Source: an uncultured Oscillospiraceae bacterium (GTDB lineage Bacteria > Bacillota > Clostridia > Christensenellales > CAG-138). Taken from it: a stretch of 64,000 nt of DNA. The notes under the pieces are model-generated. The model was not told the origin of the DNA, did not search any database, and saw nothing but the letters and a program-made list of their open reading frames with translations. Position 1 is the stretch's first letter. The number at the start of each line of letters is the position of its first letter. Where the stretch lies: NCBI GenBank assembly GCA_964642795.1, contig CAZXRQ010000001.1, positions 3,288 through 67,287 on the forward strand, given 5' to 3'. Both the position numbers and the translations under genes were made by a program. Positions 1 to 9,649 of the stretch are shown in pieces.

Positions 1-1353
1 TGTCTCGGCATAGCCGACGGCTCCTTTACGCCGGTGTGCTGCTGTGCTGCACAGCCAAATATCGGCATCCACGCGCTGTTGGATAATCTTGTACGCTATA
101 TGCCCGCCGCGGACTCCATCAAGCCGCCAAAGGCAGTCGATACCAAGACCGGCGAAGCGGTTGAGATCAAGCCGGACGGCAAATTCGCCGGGCAGGTTAT
201 GAAGACGGTTGTGGATCAGTTCGGCAAGTTTTCCATAATCAAAGTGTTCAGCGGCACGCTGAGCGTGGAGACTTCGCTATATAATTCAAACTCCGAAAAG
301 AGCGAAAAGAGCACCGCTCCCTCGATACTGCGCGGCAAGAAGTCCATCCCGACGGATAAGCTCATAGCCGGCGATATAGGCGCGCTCAATAAGCTGCAAT
401 TCACCTCTACCGGCGATACGCTGTGCGATGCAGCCGCCCCAGTGAAGTTTGAACCCGTTGACTTCCCCAAGCCCTGCATAAGCCGCGCCGTAAACGCCAA
501 AAAGCAGGGCGAGGAGGATAAGGTGTTCGCAGGTCTCAATAAGATACTGGACGAAGATCCCTCTGTAACGATAGAGAAGAATGTCGAAACAGGCGACGTG
601 CTAATCTGCGGCTTGGGTGAGCAGCATATAGACGTTGTGTGCGCAAAGCTCAAGAACAAGACCGGCGTAGAAGCGCAGCTGAGCGACCCGCGCATCCCGT
701 ACCGTGAGACCATTCGTGGAACTGCGGAGGCCGAAGGCAAGCACAAGAAGCAGACCGGCGGCAGCGGTCAGTTTGGCGTGGTCAATATGCGGTTTGAGCC
801 GTTGGATACCGGCGAAGATTTCGAGTTTGTAAACGCGATAGTCGGCGGCGTTGTGCCAAAGGAATATATCCCCGCGGTTGAAAAGGGTACTCGCGAGGCT
901 ATGCAGAAGGGCGTTTTGGCCGGCTACCCCATGACGGGTCTCAAGGCTACGCTGTACTTTGGCAAGTACCATCCGGTGGATTCCAAAGAAGTGGCGTTCA
1001 AGTCTGCGGCAAGGCTTGCATATAAGGAGGCCTGCGCGCACGCTAACCCTGTGCTTATTGAGCCGGTATACCGCTACGATATCCGCGTACCCAACGACTA
1101 CATGGGTGATATAATGGGCGATCTTTCGCGTCGCCGCGGCCGTATGCTGGGCACCAATCCCTGTGATGAGGGCACCGAGGTAGTAGCCGAAGCGCCGATG
1201 TCCGAAATGCTGAAGTATGCCAACGACCTTCGCTCCATGACGCAGGCGCGCGGCTCGTTCACCAGCGAATTCGTTCGCTATGAGGATGTTCCCGCCAACG
1301 TCGCGCAGAAGATAATCGAGCAGTCCAAGAAGGACGACGACGACGACGAATAA
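1..1353 (+). CDS. Elongation factor G family GTPase, C-terminal ~450 aa (5' end lies outside the window)
   Basis: Frame 1 is open from base 1. EF-G domain II-V style motifs: GKFSIIKVFSGTL, HKKQTGGSGQFG, GGVVPKEYIPAVEKG, GYPMTGLKATLYFGKYHPVDS, EPVYRYDIRVPNDYMGDIMGDLSRRRG. Acidic tail KKDDDDDE. Confidence 0.85.
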   Translation, partial: CLGIADGSFTPVCCCAAQPNIGIHALLDNLVRYMPAADSIKPPKAVDTKTGEAVEIKPDGKFAGQVMKTVVDQFGKFSIIKVFSGTLSVETSLYNSNSEKSEKSTAPSILRGKKSIPTDKLIAGDIGALNKLQFTSTGDTLCDAAAPVKFEPVDFPKPCISRAVNAKKQGEEDKVFAGLNKILDEDPSVTIEKNVETGDVLICGLGEQHIDVVCAKLKNKTGVEAQLSDPRIPYRETIRGTAEAEGKHKKQTGGSGQFGVVNMRFEPLDTGEDFEFVNAIVGGVVPKEYIPAVEKGTREAMQKGVLAGYPMTGLKATLYFGKYHPVDSKEVAFKSAARLAYKEACAHANPVLIEPVYRYDIRVPNDYMGDIMGDLSRRRGRMLGTNPCDEGTEVVAEAPMSEMLKYANDLRSMTQARGSFTSEFVRYEDVPANVAQKIIEQSKKDDDDDE

Positions 1354-1478
1354 TCGGCGTCTGCCGGCTGACTAAGTCGGGTATATGCAGAATAAGCGTC
1401 CATGGATATGAAAACCATAGCCATGGGCGCTTTGACAACAAACGGTGTTAATAAGAATTGGAGCATAAGGAGTGCAGA

Positions 1479-1886
1479 ATGAAAAAACTGATTTGTATTG
1501 TGCTGATATTTACATTGACTGCTTGCTGCGGCTGCGTAGACGTATCGCTATCCGATGCATTCGACGAGACTGAAGTAAGCGCTGCCGCCGAGCACGTGGT
1601 AGAGCTGATAAACGCCCGCGATTACGAGGGTATAGAGGCACTTGTACGCGAAGATCTGCGAGATGTGCTTTCCGCCGAGGTTTTGGCGGATGTACTGGAC
1701 GAGGTGCTGGATCAGTACGGCATGTTTGTGAATTATAAGGCGGTCACCGTGGTGGGGCAAAAGGTTAGCGATACCGGTGAGGAATACGCCGTGGCCGTGC
1801 TGTCTTGTGCATACGAACAGGGCAAATTAAAATACACGTTAAGCTTTGATTCGGAGCTTGCGCTTGCAGGACTGTATGTTAGATAG
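1479..1886 (+). CDS. Small secreted lipoprotein (DUF3887-like), function unknown
   Basis: AAGGAG RBS at 1466-1471, 7 nt before ATG 1479. Signal peptide MKKLICIVLIFTLTAC with lipobox LTAC. The rest is acidic and helical. Confidence 0.6.
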   Translation: MKKLICIVLIFTLTACCGCVDVSLSDAFDETEVSAAAEHVVELINARDYEGIEALVREDLRDVLSAEVLADVLDEVLDQYGMFVNYKAVTVVGQKVSDTGEEYAVAVLSCAYEQGKLKYTLSFDSELALAGLYVR

Positions 1887-1891
1887 TTGCG

Positions 1892-2791
1892 TCAGCCGGC
1901 GGTGCCGGTATTCTTATCCGGGCGGCATGGAGCCGCCTTTGCTTTTTTTAGCAGTATCAACGCAACCGCTATGGCGGGGAGCATGCTGATGATACCAGTC
2001 ATGCAAGGGCCGAGCAGGGGCGAGCTGTTGAAGCAGAAATAGATGGGAGCAGCGGAAAAAGCGTTGATCGCGCTGTGCGCGAGCGCGGCGGGCCATACGC
2101 TGCCGACTTTAAGCGTAAGATAGCCCTCGAAAACGCCAAACGCCATGCAGAACAGTATCATAAGCAGTATGCCGAGCCAGGGTGCGCCGGGATAGTCCAG
2201 CCCGTAATTATGCCCCAAGGCTATCATGGGCGCGTGCCACACGCCCCATACCGCGCCGGTGACAAGCAGCGCCTTTCGTTCGCCGAGCGCCAGAAGCTTG
2301 GGCAGCAGATATGCGCGCCAGCCCAGCTCCTCGCCCAGCGTGGGCAGCAGATTGACAAACGGTGATATAACTATCATTCCGGCCAACTGGACGATAAGCA
2401 TCGTCTGCAGGGAATCCGCGGGTACGCCGGTGGACAGCAGCGCCATGGTAAGTGTGCCGCAGGATGGATCAAGCTCGGAGAAAAAGAATATGAAGTACAG
2501 CACCGCACCGAGTATTATGAGCGCGATGGGGAAGTATGCTGCAAATATATAGCGGACGACGTTACCTTTGAGGCGGGGGCGCAGCAGCATATCCTTGAAG
2601 CCCTCGCGGGTGAGAACGCGGGTGAGCAGCGAGCACAGCGCAGGCAGGAACATTGCCCCCATCAAAAACACGGTGGAAGCGGCGCTGCCGTACTCTACGC
2701 CGGAAAAATGCATTATCAGCACCAAACCCCATGTTGCTGTAAACGTGAGTATTATAAACAGCGTTATCCGTTTTTTCGTTTGCTTATCCAT
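1892..2791 (-). CDS. CPBP family (CAAX/Abi) intramembrane metalloprotease
   Basis: Polytopic membrane protein with the family motifs EELGWRAYLLP, WGVWHAP and HSAINA. Confidence 0.8.
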   Translation of the reverse strand: MDKQTKKRITLFIILTFTATWGLVLIMHFSGVEYGSAASTVFLMGAMFLPALCSLLTRVLTREGFKDMLLRPRLKGNVVRYIFAAYFPIALIILGAVLYFIFFFSELDPSCGTLTMALLSTGVPADSLQTMLIVQLAGMIVISPFVNLLPTLGEELGWRAYLLPKLLALGERKALLVTGAVWGVWHAPMIALGHNYGLDYPGAPWLGILLMILFCMAFGVFEGYLTLKVGSVWPAALAHSAINAFSAAPIYFCFNSSPLLGPCMTGIISMLPAIAVALILLKKAKAAPCRPDKNTGTAG

Positions 2792-2795
2792 TTGC

Positions 2796-3215
2796 TTAAC
2801 CGGCCTTCGGAAAGTCTGTATTATCGGTGCGCTGCGGTTCCTTTTTTGCGGGCAGACGGCAGCCGATAAAGCCCTTCAGTACGATTATCGCGGCCATCGT
2901 GACCAGGGCAAGCTGCGGATTGCCGAAAAACGGCACGTCCAGCTTGAAAAGCTGCACGAAGAACGTGAACAGCGCAAGCGCGCCCAGCAGATACCCCGAT
3001 ATGCTCAAAATGCCGAACGGTGCACGCTTTACAAAGCAAATAATGCCCGGTATGCACAGCATCATTCCGATTGCGCCGAGTATCACTACGGCCATGCGCG
3101 TATCGTCGATAAAGGAGACATCGATACCAAATAACCCTACGATCAGCGCTGCTGCGCATATTAGCACCTCCAGCGCAAACAAGGCAATAAAGAGCCCTTT
3201 TTTAAGTTTGTTCAT
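2796..3215 (-). CDS. Small polytopic membrane protein, unknown function
   Basis: 139-aa ORF with about 4 hydrophobic helices. It ends 4 nt before the start of the CPBP gene on the same strand, so they are probably co-transcribed. Confidence 0.55.
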   Translation of the reverse strand: MNKLKKGLFIALFALEVLICAAALIVGLFGIDVSFIDDTRMAVVILGAIGMMLCIPGIICFVKRAPFGILSISGYLLGALALFTFFVQLFKLDVPFFGNPQLALVTMAAIIVLKGFIGCRLPAKKEPQRTDNTDFPKAG

Positions 3216-3362
3216 ATTACCCTCCGATACAGATAAACTGAAAAACAGAGATCAGTATTTCGACATAAAGCTGCATATTTCGGTTACATGGTTGTTTGCG
3301 GCATGTAACTAATGGTATAATAACACATATATCATTTGGTATCAATCGGAGGACTAACGGAT

Positions 3363-3833
3363 TTGATCGAGAAGGCTGTCAAGGATTCTTACACGGAACA
3401 GGTGCACGTAGTAATGTCGCCCGACTTAAACGGTTATGGAAGGCTGTATGGCGGACGGCTTATGGAATGGATAGATTCGATGGCGGGCATAGTAGCGCGC
3501 AGGCACAGCGGCTGCGTGGTGACCACGGTAATGGTAGATACTCTGCAGCTTAAGGAACCGGTATATAACAATAGCACGGTGGTGCTGACGGGACGTGTAA
3601 CGTGCGTTGGAAACACATCAATGGAAGTAAGGGTGGATACGTATACTGAAGAGCTTTGCGGAACACGCAAGCATAAGAGCATAGCATACCTAATACTGGT
3701 TGCGCTGGATAACGGCGAAAAGCCGATTCCCGTGCCGCGGCTGATATGCACCACACCGGAAGAGGAGGCGGAATTTGCCGCCGGACAGCGGAGACGGCAG
3801 CTTAGAAAGCAGCGCCTGAATGAACAGTTTTGA
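3363..3833 (+). CDS. Acyl-CoA thioesterase (hotdog fold)
   Basis: Motif block VVMSPDLNGYGRLYGGRLMEWIDSMAGIVARRHSG is typical of YciA/acyl-CoA hydrolases. GGAGGA at 3348-3353 favours TTG 3363 over the ORF-track start at 3336, so the start is uncertain. Confidence 0.75.
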   Translation: MIEKAVKDSYTEQVHVVMSPDLNGYGRLYGGRLMEWIDSMAGIVARRHSGCVVTTVMVDTLQLKEPVYNNSTVVLTGRVTCVGNTSMEVRVDTYTEELCGTRKHKSIAYLILVALDNGEKPIPVPRLICTTPEEEAEFAAGQRRRQLRKQRLNEQF

Positions 3834-3866
3834 CCGTAGCGTTCTGCCTGCGGGGAAAGAGACCTA

Positions 3867-4760
3867 ATGCCAAAAACAGTACTAATATTGCTTATAACCG
3901 CGATCGTAGCCGCCTGCGCGCTGGGCGTATATTCGGTCTATACCGGCGGCTTGCCTGCTGCGGCCGCGCCGCAGCCTGCAGAAACGCCTGCGCCGGAGCC
4001 TACTCCGACCTCCACGCCCATGCCAACACCAACATCTAAGCCTACTCCTACGCCGGAGCCAACGCCTACGCCGTTTGAGGTGCTGGCGCCTACCACGCGC
4101 ATGAGCTTCGCTGAGCTAGTAGGGGATAACGGCATATATGATGCGCCTACGGGTTGGCCGCCCGCAGATACGTACAAGCTGCTGGTGGACATAAAGCACC
4201 AGGTGGTAATAGCCTATGTAAAGGATGAATTGGGCGAGTTTACGGTACCTGTACGCTATATGGTATGCACATCCGGCGGCAACGGCAACTATACGCCGAC
4301 GGGCGTATTCGAGGCGGGGGATCACCGCGTGCGCTTCGGTCTGTTTCATAGCGCCGGAGTATATGGCCAGTACTGGACGCAGATATATGGCAATTTTTAC
4401 TTTCATACGCTGCTGTACGGTGAACGCGACGCATCTACATATACCCGCTCAAGCTACAAGCTGCTGGGAACGCGCGGCTCACACGGCTGCGTAAGACTGC
4501 TGGTGCCGGACGCGCGCTGGATATATTATAATATCGCCCCAGGCACGGAGATAGAAATACGTCGCGGTTCATCAGAGGATCTGGAGACGGCCGCCATAAA
4601 GGAACAGCTTGTGAGGGCGGAGCTCCCCGAGGAAAGGCCGAACCTTAAGCCGGGCGAGATACCGGATACCGATAATTGGAGCATAGACGATCTGAAGATA
4701 TACTGGACAACGCCGGAACCTACTATAGAGCCTACACCTACGATAGATCCTACACCGTAA
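3867..4760 (+). CDS. L,D-transpeptidase (YkuD domain) with Pro/Thr-rich linkers
   Basis: N-terminal membrane anchor and a PT-rich linker (PTPTSTPMPTPTSKPTPTPEPTPTP). YkuD catalytic motif GTRGSHGCVRL. Confidence 0.85.
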   Translation: MPKTVLILLITAIVAACALGVYSVYTGGLPAAAAPQPAETPAPEPTPTSTPMPTPTSKPTPTPEPTPTPFEVLAPTTRMSFAELVGDNGIYDAPTGWPPADTYKLLVDIKHQVVIAYVKDELGEFTVPVRYMVCTSGGNGNYTPTGVFEAGDHRVRFGLFHSAGVYGQYWTQIYGNFYFHTLLYGERDASTYTRSSYKLLGTRGSHGCVRLLVPDARWIYYNIAPGTEIEIRRGSSEDLETAAIKEQLVRAELPEERPNLKPGEIPDTDNWSIDDLKIYWTTPEPTIEPTPTIDPTP

Positions 4761-4826
4761 AACCGCTTTGATTTGCAGAAGCGATATGATACAATTATTC
4801 AATACCGAAAACATTGGGAGGGTAAG

Positions 4827-5975
4827 ATGTCCAAAAGAATGATGGCTTGCGTGCTGGCGGTTATAACGCTGATAACGGCGCTTATTCCGGCCACGGCGCT
4901 TGCGCGCGACGAGTTGAGCAATACCGATCCATCGCGCTACTATATTGTACTCGATACTGGAAATCAGGTTGTTACGGTATACGAGCAGGATGACAACGGC
5001 GAGTATACCCGCATAGTCCGGCGGATGGTCTGCACATCCGGCAAGACGGAGGCCATATCCGAGACCGAGCCAGCAAGCCCAACTCCCACCGGCACATGGA
5101 AGATAGGCGCGCGCGAGCGGTTTGGCAAATTTGCGGCGTTTGGTGCTGAATACGCCCGTTACTGGACGCAGATAGTGGGCGGCATATACTTTCATTCGAT
5201 CATGTTCGGAAGCCGCGAGGTGGACGATATAAAAAAGGGCCCGTTCAGCAGACTGGGCAGCCGCGCTTCGCATGGCTGCGTCAGACTGTATGTTGAGGAT
5301 GCCAAATGGCTCTACTACAATGCCTGCCCGGGTACTACGGTAAGGGTAACGAGCGGGATAGGTGAAAACCGCAACCTTGTAAAGCTGCTTAAGACGGATA
5401 TGTCCTTTGACGAATACGCCGCCTTCCAGCAAAACATATACGATGAGCCGGAGCTTCCAAACAGCACCGCCTGGATAGTATCAGACCGGGCGGAGATGCG
5501 CACCGGCAATGGCACCAACGATAAGCGCATCCGTTCGCTGGGCGAAGGGACCGAGGTGGAGGTGCTGCAGGAGGGCGATCCCTGGGTAAAGATACTTGTA
5601 GGCGGGCGCGAGGGTTATGTTAAGCGCTGCTACATCACCTATGAACAGGGCGTGCTGCAGTCAACGCCGGAGGGCAACTATGTTTCCGGCACAATATATA
5701 TGTACGAACAGCCGGACCGGCGTTCCACAGTGCTGTATAAGGTGGCAAGGGATTCCAGCCTTGTTATAGTGGAGCGGGGAGAGGATTACACGCTTATAGA
5801 TTACTGGGGCACGCTGGGCTACATACAGACCCGCTACATCAAGACCGGCTGGGCTACGCTGTATGATTGGGCGGATGAATATACAGCCACCCAAACGGAT
5901 GCGGAGATTTCGGGCACGGATGCCTCGGATACGGATGCCGTAGCCGCGGACGCAACCGGCACCGATGCGAACTGA
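4827..5975 (+). CDS. L,D-transpeptidase (YkuD domain) with C-terminal SH3-like repeats
   Basis: GGGAGGG RBS before ATG 4827 and a signal peptide. Catalytic motif GSRASHGCVRLY. The C-terminal half has two SH3b-like segments (EVEVLQEGDPWVKILVGGREGYVKRCYI; LVIVERGEDYTLIDYWGTLGYIQTRYI). Confidence 0.85.
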   Translation: MSKRMMACVLAVITLITALIPATALARDELSNTDPSRYYIVLDTGNQVVTVYEQDDNGEYTRIVRRMVCTSGKTEAISETEPASPTPTGTWKIGARERFGKFAAFGAEYARYWTQIVGGIYFHSIMFGSREVDDIKKGPFSRLGSRASHGCVRLYVEDAKWLYYNACPGTTVRVTSGIGENRNLVKLLKTDMSFDEYAAFQQNIYDEPELPNSTAWIVSDRAEMRTGNGTNDKRIRSLGEGTEVEVLQEGDPWVKILVGGREGYVKRCYITYEQGVLQSTPEGNYVSGTIYMYEQPDRRSTVLYKVARDSSLVIVERGEDYTLIDYWGTLGYIQTRYIKTGWATLYDWADEYTATQTDAEISGTDASDTDAVAADATGTDAN

Positions 5976-5984
5976 GGTAGCAAT

Positions 5985-7001
5985 ATGAAAAAGACGATTT
6001 GTTTAGTATTGATATTTATATTGGCGGTGTGCGCAGGCTGTAACGCCGCGCCTTCTGCTGCGGAGCCGGAGCCTGCGACTGAGCCGGAGGGACAGCTTCG
6101 CGTGTTTGGTAAGGACATAACCGTAGCGTTGCTGTCGGGCAGCGATATGTTCAGCTATGGGGTTGGTATGCAGGCGGATGCGCTGGGAATAGATTTACGA
6201 ATCGTAGACAGCATAGAGGATGCTTCCGGCACAGATATAATTATAGCCTACATGCCGGACGAAGAGCAGCTTGAGATTGCCGCAATGCCGGTAATAGCAT
6301 ATACGAACGACGCTTCACTACATCCTGCAACGGGCAGTTCAATTGTTTACGATGCCGACAGCGAGCTGGAAGCCGCACTTGACGTGATGTTTACCTATGT
6401 GTCGCATGAAGCGCCCGTGCGCATAGTGTGCATGTACGAAGGCGGCCCGGACAGCGCGCCTGCTTTGGCGGTCGCACGTATGAATGAAGAGGGCAAGCTG
6501 TATATAAAGGGCGAGATATCAGCCGAGGAATCCGGCGGAGCGGACGAAGCGGTGGCACAGCTTGAAACGTTGCTTGCGGATATTGTCCCCGGGCTGCTGG
6601 ATACCCTGTTCACCTCCGATGCGGAGCTTGCGATGGCGGCATACGATGTGCTTGAAGCGGCAAAACGCAGTGACGCGGTAGAGGTAATAACCGCAGGGCT
6701 GAATATGGATATAGTAGCAGCCATGATAAACGACCATTTTCTTATGGGAGCGGCAGTCGGTGCAAACGAACAGGGTGCGGGCGCTTTGGCTGTGAGGATG
6801 GCTGTGGAATATCTTGCGGGCGGCAGGGTGGAGGACGTTATGCTTGCGCCGTTTGCGCTATACTCGGACGACGTTATAGCTGCGACCGCGGATGCGTATG
6901 ACGGGATGCCGTTGGACGAGGTACTGCTAGCACTGGATGAGCAGACCGGCGCGTTGTATCAAACCCATACCGTAGAGTATCTTGCAGAATACTATGAGTG
7001 A
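5985..7001 (+). CDS. Lipoprotein, periplasmic-binding-protein (type I, sugar-binding-like) fold; no cognate transporter adjacent
   Basis: Signal/lipobox MKKTICLVLIFILAVCAGC. Alternating beta-alpha pattern. The fold assignment is tentative. Confidence 0.5.
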   Translation: MKKTICLVLIFILAVCAGCNAAPSAAEPEPATEPEGQLRVFGKDITVALLSGSDMFSYGVGMQADALGIDLRIVDSIEDASGTDIIIAYMPDEEQLEIAAMPVIAYTNDASLHPATGSSIVYDADSELEAALDVMFTYVSHEAPVRIVCMYEGGPDSAPALAVARMNEEGKLYIKGEISAEESGGADEAVAQLETLLADIVPGLLDTLFTSDAELAMAAYDVLEAAKRSDAVEVITAGLNMDIVAAMINDHFLMGAAVGANEQGAGALAVRMAVEYLAGGRVEDVMLAPFALYSDDVIAATADAYDGMPLDEVLLALDEQTGALYQTHTVEYLAEYYE

Positions 7002-7971
7002 CAAAAGGGAGCGCATAGTAGGACACATACTTGCGCTTATCTCCACGATGGTGTGGGGATCGACCTTCATATTCACAAAGCTGTTGCTGGAGGCGTTTAC
7101 ACCTATACAGCTCCTTGTGATACGCTATGTCATTGCTTATATTGCAGGCTGCATTGCTGCGCCCCGTTTTTTCAAGCCTACCAAGGATGAATGGACGTTC
7201 CTTTTGCTGGGCATAACCGCCTGCAGCCTGTATACATGGTTGGAGAACACCGCAGTAAACCTTACGCAGGCGAGCAATGTAAGCATAATAATTACAACGT
7301 CGCCATTGTTCATAGCGATACTCGCACATTTTTTTACCCGGGACGAAAAGCTGTCCAAAAAATCTGCGATGGGCTCAGTGGTGGCGCTGGCGGGCGTGGC
7401 GCTTGTGGTGTTCAACGGCTCCGCCGTGCTTAACCTAAAGCCTGCGGGGGACCTGCTTGCATTGGCAGCGGCGCTGTGCTGGGCGATATACAGTCTGCTG
7501 GCAAAGGGAATTGTTGGGAAATACGACGGCTTTGTAATGACCCGCAAGGTGATATTCTACGGCCTTATTACATCCATACCGCTGATGCTTCTTGAGCATA
7601 AGCCGTTTAATTTTTCTGCGCTGTTCGATTTCAAGATGGCGTTCTGTATGCTGGCGCTTCCGTTATTGGGAAGTAACCTATGCAATGTGCTGTGGCATGG
7701 CGCGATGAAGCGTATTGGCATAGTTGCAGCCAATACATATCTTTACCTTATCCCGTTTTTTACCGTAGGACTTGCGGCGCTTGTGCTGGATGAGCGTATA
7801 ACCTGGATGGCGATGCTGGGTGCGGTGCTGATAATAGCGGGGCTTGTGCTTGCGTCGCGCCGCGGCGTTCAAGTGGAGGTGCCGTCGGAGGAGCTTACTC
7901 CTGAACAGCTTAAAAGCCTGCGCGATATTTCCGCAAAGCGGGACGAGGCTGAGAAGGGATCGGATGGATAA
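6994..7971 (+). CDS. EamA/DMT family transporter
   Basis: Ten predicted TM helices in two EamA halves (WGSTFIFTKLLL...; ALCWAIYSLLAKG...). ATG 6994 overlaps the upstream stop by 8 nt (ATGAGTGA). Confidence 0.8.
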   Translation: MSDKRERIVGHILALISTMVWGSTFIFTKLLLEAFTPIQLLVIRYVIAYIAGCIAAPRFFKPTKDEWTFLLLGITACSLYTWLENTAVNLTQASNVSIIITTSPLFIAILAHFFTRDEKLSKKSAMGSVVALAGVALVVFNGSAVLNLKPAGDLLALAAALCWAIYSLLAKGIVGKYDGFVMTRKVIFYGLITSIPLMLLEHKPFNFSALFDFKMAFCMLALPLLGSNLCNVLWHGAMKRIGIVAANTYLYLIPFFTVGLAALVLDERITWMAMLGAVLIIAGLVLASRRGVQVEVPSEELTPEQLKSLRDISAKRDEAEKGSDG

Positions 7972-8674
7972 CGGCTGGAACCCGTGGCACGGCTGCCATA
8001 AGTACAGCGAGGGCTGCCAAAACTGCTATGTTTACCGCATGGACGCCCGTCATGAGCGGGACAGCTCGGAGGTAAAAAAGACCGGCGCGTTCGATTTGCC
8101 ACTGAAGCATACGCGCGACGGCAGCTATAAGCTGCGCTCCGGCATGGTGTATACCTGCTTCACATCGGACTTCTTTTTGGAGGATGCGGACGAGTGGCGG
8201 GCGGAGGCGTGGCGCATGATGAAGCAGCGGAGCGATTTACAGTTTTTGTTCATCACAAAGCGCATACTCCGTGCGGAGGAGTGCTTCCCGCGGGATTGGG
8301 GCTCCGGCTATCCGAATGTGCATATAGGCTGCACTATGGAGAACCAGCGCCGCGCTGACGAGCGCATGGAGGTGTTTAAAAGCCTGCCGATAGCGTATAA
8401 GTACGTTATATGCGAACCGCTTCTTTCCCGCATAGACTTCGGCACACAGCTTGGACCGTGGGCGGAGCAGCTCATAGCGGGCGGCGAGTCCGGTATGGAG
8501 GCCCGCACCTGCGATTATGAATGGGTGCTGTTTCTGCGCGATCAATGCAGGGCTGCCGGCGTTAAATTCCATTTTAAGCAGACAGGCGCAAACTTTGTAA
8601 AGGACGGCAGGCGTTATTCCATACCGCGCAAGCTGCAGGGCAAGCAGGCGCGGAAGGCGGGTATAGACGTTTGA
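7964..8674 (+). CDS. DUF5131 (phage Gp37/Gp68-like) family protein
   Basis: N-terminus MDNGWNPWHGCHKYSEGCQNCY is the hallmark start of this family (W-N-P-W-x-G-C ... C-x2-C). ATG 7964 overlaps the EamA stop by 8 nt. The track's upstream extension (7844) lies inside the EamA gene. Confidence 0.7.
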   Translation: MDNGWNPWHGCHKYSEGCQNCYVYRMDARHERDSSEVKKTGAFDLPLKHTRDGSYKLRSGMVYTCFTSDFFLEDADEWRAEAWRMMKQRSDLQFLFITKRILRAEECFPRDWGSGYPNVHIGCTMENQRRADERMEVFKSLPIAYKYVICEPLLSRIDFGTQLGPWAEQLIAGGESGMEARTCDYEWVLFLRDQCRAAGVKFHFKQTGANFVKDGRRYSIPRKLQGKQARKAGIDV

Positions 8675-8785
8675 CAGCGTCGGATGATGTATAAACATAT
8701 TTTATTGCCGACAATTCTTTACACACGGCGGCGGTATATATATAATAGTTTAGGTAACTGATTAAATAACTACGGAGGCAATACG

Positions 8786-9649
8786 ATGCAGGAAAAAAAG
8801 CCATACCAGATACTCAGAAAAGAGCGGCTCAACCCTACCGTGACGCTTATGGACATATATGCGCCTGCGGTGGCAAAAAAAGCGTTGCCGGGGCAGTTCA
8901 TAATACTGCGAGTTGACGCCGATGGCGAGCGTATACCGCTTACCATAGCCAATGCGGATCATGATACCGGCGCTGTTACCATAATTTATCAGATAGTGGG
9001 CGCTACCACTAAGCTGATCGACAGCCTTAACGAAGGCGATGCGCTGCACGATTTTGTAGGCCCGCTGGGTCGCCCCACCGAGATCGAAGGCCTGAAGAAG
9101 GTCGCCGTAGTGGGCGGCGGCGTAGGCTGCGCTATAGCGTTGCCGGTAGCCAAGGCGTTGCACGCACAGGGTACGATCGTACATTCCATAATCGGATTCC
9201 GCTGTGAGGATCTCGTTATACTTGAAAAAGAGTTTGACGCCGTAAGCGATCAGCTTCTTCGCATGAGCGACGACGGCACCTGGGGCGAGAAAGGGCTTGT
9301 TACGGACGCCCTCAAATCCCTCATCGACGGCGGCGAAAAATACGACGAGGTCATAGCCATAGGGCCGTTGATAATGATGAAATTCGTTTGCAGGCTTACC
9401 CGCGAGTATGGACTAAAGACTACGGTAAGCATGAACCCCATAATGATAGACGGTACCGGTATGTGCGGCGGCTGCCGCTTAACCGTTGGCGGCGAGACCA
9501 AGTTTGCCTGCGTGGATGGACCGGATTTCGACGGGCATCTTGTAGACTTTGACGAGGCTATGAAGCGCGGCGCAATGTACAAGGAATTTGAAAAACACGC
9601 ATACGAGGAGACCTGTAATCTGCTGAAGGGGGGCGCTGAAAATGCCTAA
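8786..9649 (+). CDS. nfnA: NADH-dependent reduced ferredoxin:NADP+ oxidoreductase subunit A (sulfide/dihydroorotate dehydrogenase-like FAD/NAD-binding protein)
   Basis: Ferredoxin-reductase-like fold (PGQFIILRV, VAVVGGGVGCA). C-terminal 2Fe-2S motif DGTGMCGGCRLTVGGETKFACVDGPDF. 8-nt overlap with the next gene. Confidence 0.85.
   Translation: MQEKKPYQILRKERLNPTVTLMDIYAPAVAKKALPGQFIILRVDADGERIPLTIANADHDTGAVTIIYQIVGATTKLIDSLNEGDALHDFVGPLGRPTEIEGLKKVAVVGGGVGCAIALPVAKALHAQGTIVHSIIGFRCEDLVILEKEFDAVSDQLLRMSDDGTWGEKGLVTDALKSLIDGGEKYDEVIAIGPLIMMKFVCRLTREYGLKTTVSMNPIMIDGTGMCGGCRLTVGGETKFACVDGPDFDGHLVDFDEAMKRGAMYKEFEKHAYEETCNLLKGGAENA

Noticed and set aside
1892-2791. An Abi-domain protein as an abortive-infection defence gene.
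   Set aside because: The Abi name of the CPBP family is historical. The motifs indicate a CAAX-type intramembrane protease, and nothing in the neighbourhood suggests a phage-defence locus.
3960-4075. Repetitive CCN/ACN-rich DNA, checked as a possible tandem repeat or array. A second stretch lies at 4715-4757.
   Set aside because: It is in-frame Pro/Thr-rich linker sequence (PTPTSTPMPTPTSKPTPTPEPTPTP) of the L,D-transpeptidase. It is a low-complexity protein linker, not a DNA-level repeat element.
7844-7963. Long N-terminal extensions in the ORF track: DUF5131 from 7844, rluD from 46533, ABC exporter from 22758, response regulator from 53721, DUF5685-like from 34149, permease from 31259.
   Set aside because: The extensions overlap the preceding gene or lack an RBS. 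The internal ATG/GTG/TTG starts chosen above have Shine-Dalgarno sequences and give N-termini typical of the families.
7964-8674. Possible prophage remnant, because DUF5131 is a phage-associated family.
   Set aside because: No integrase, terminase, capsid, tail, repressor or att-like repeats occur in the flanking about 10 kb. The neighbours are ordinary metabolic and transport genes.
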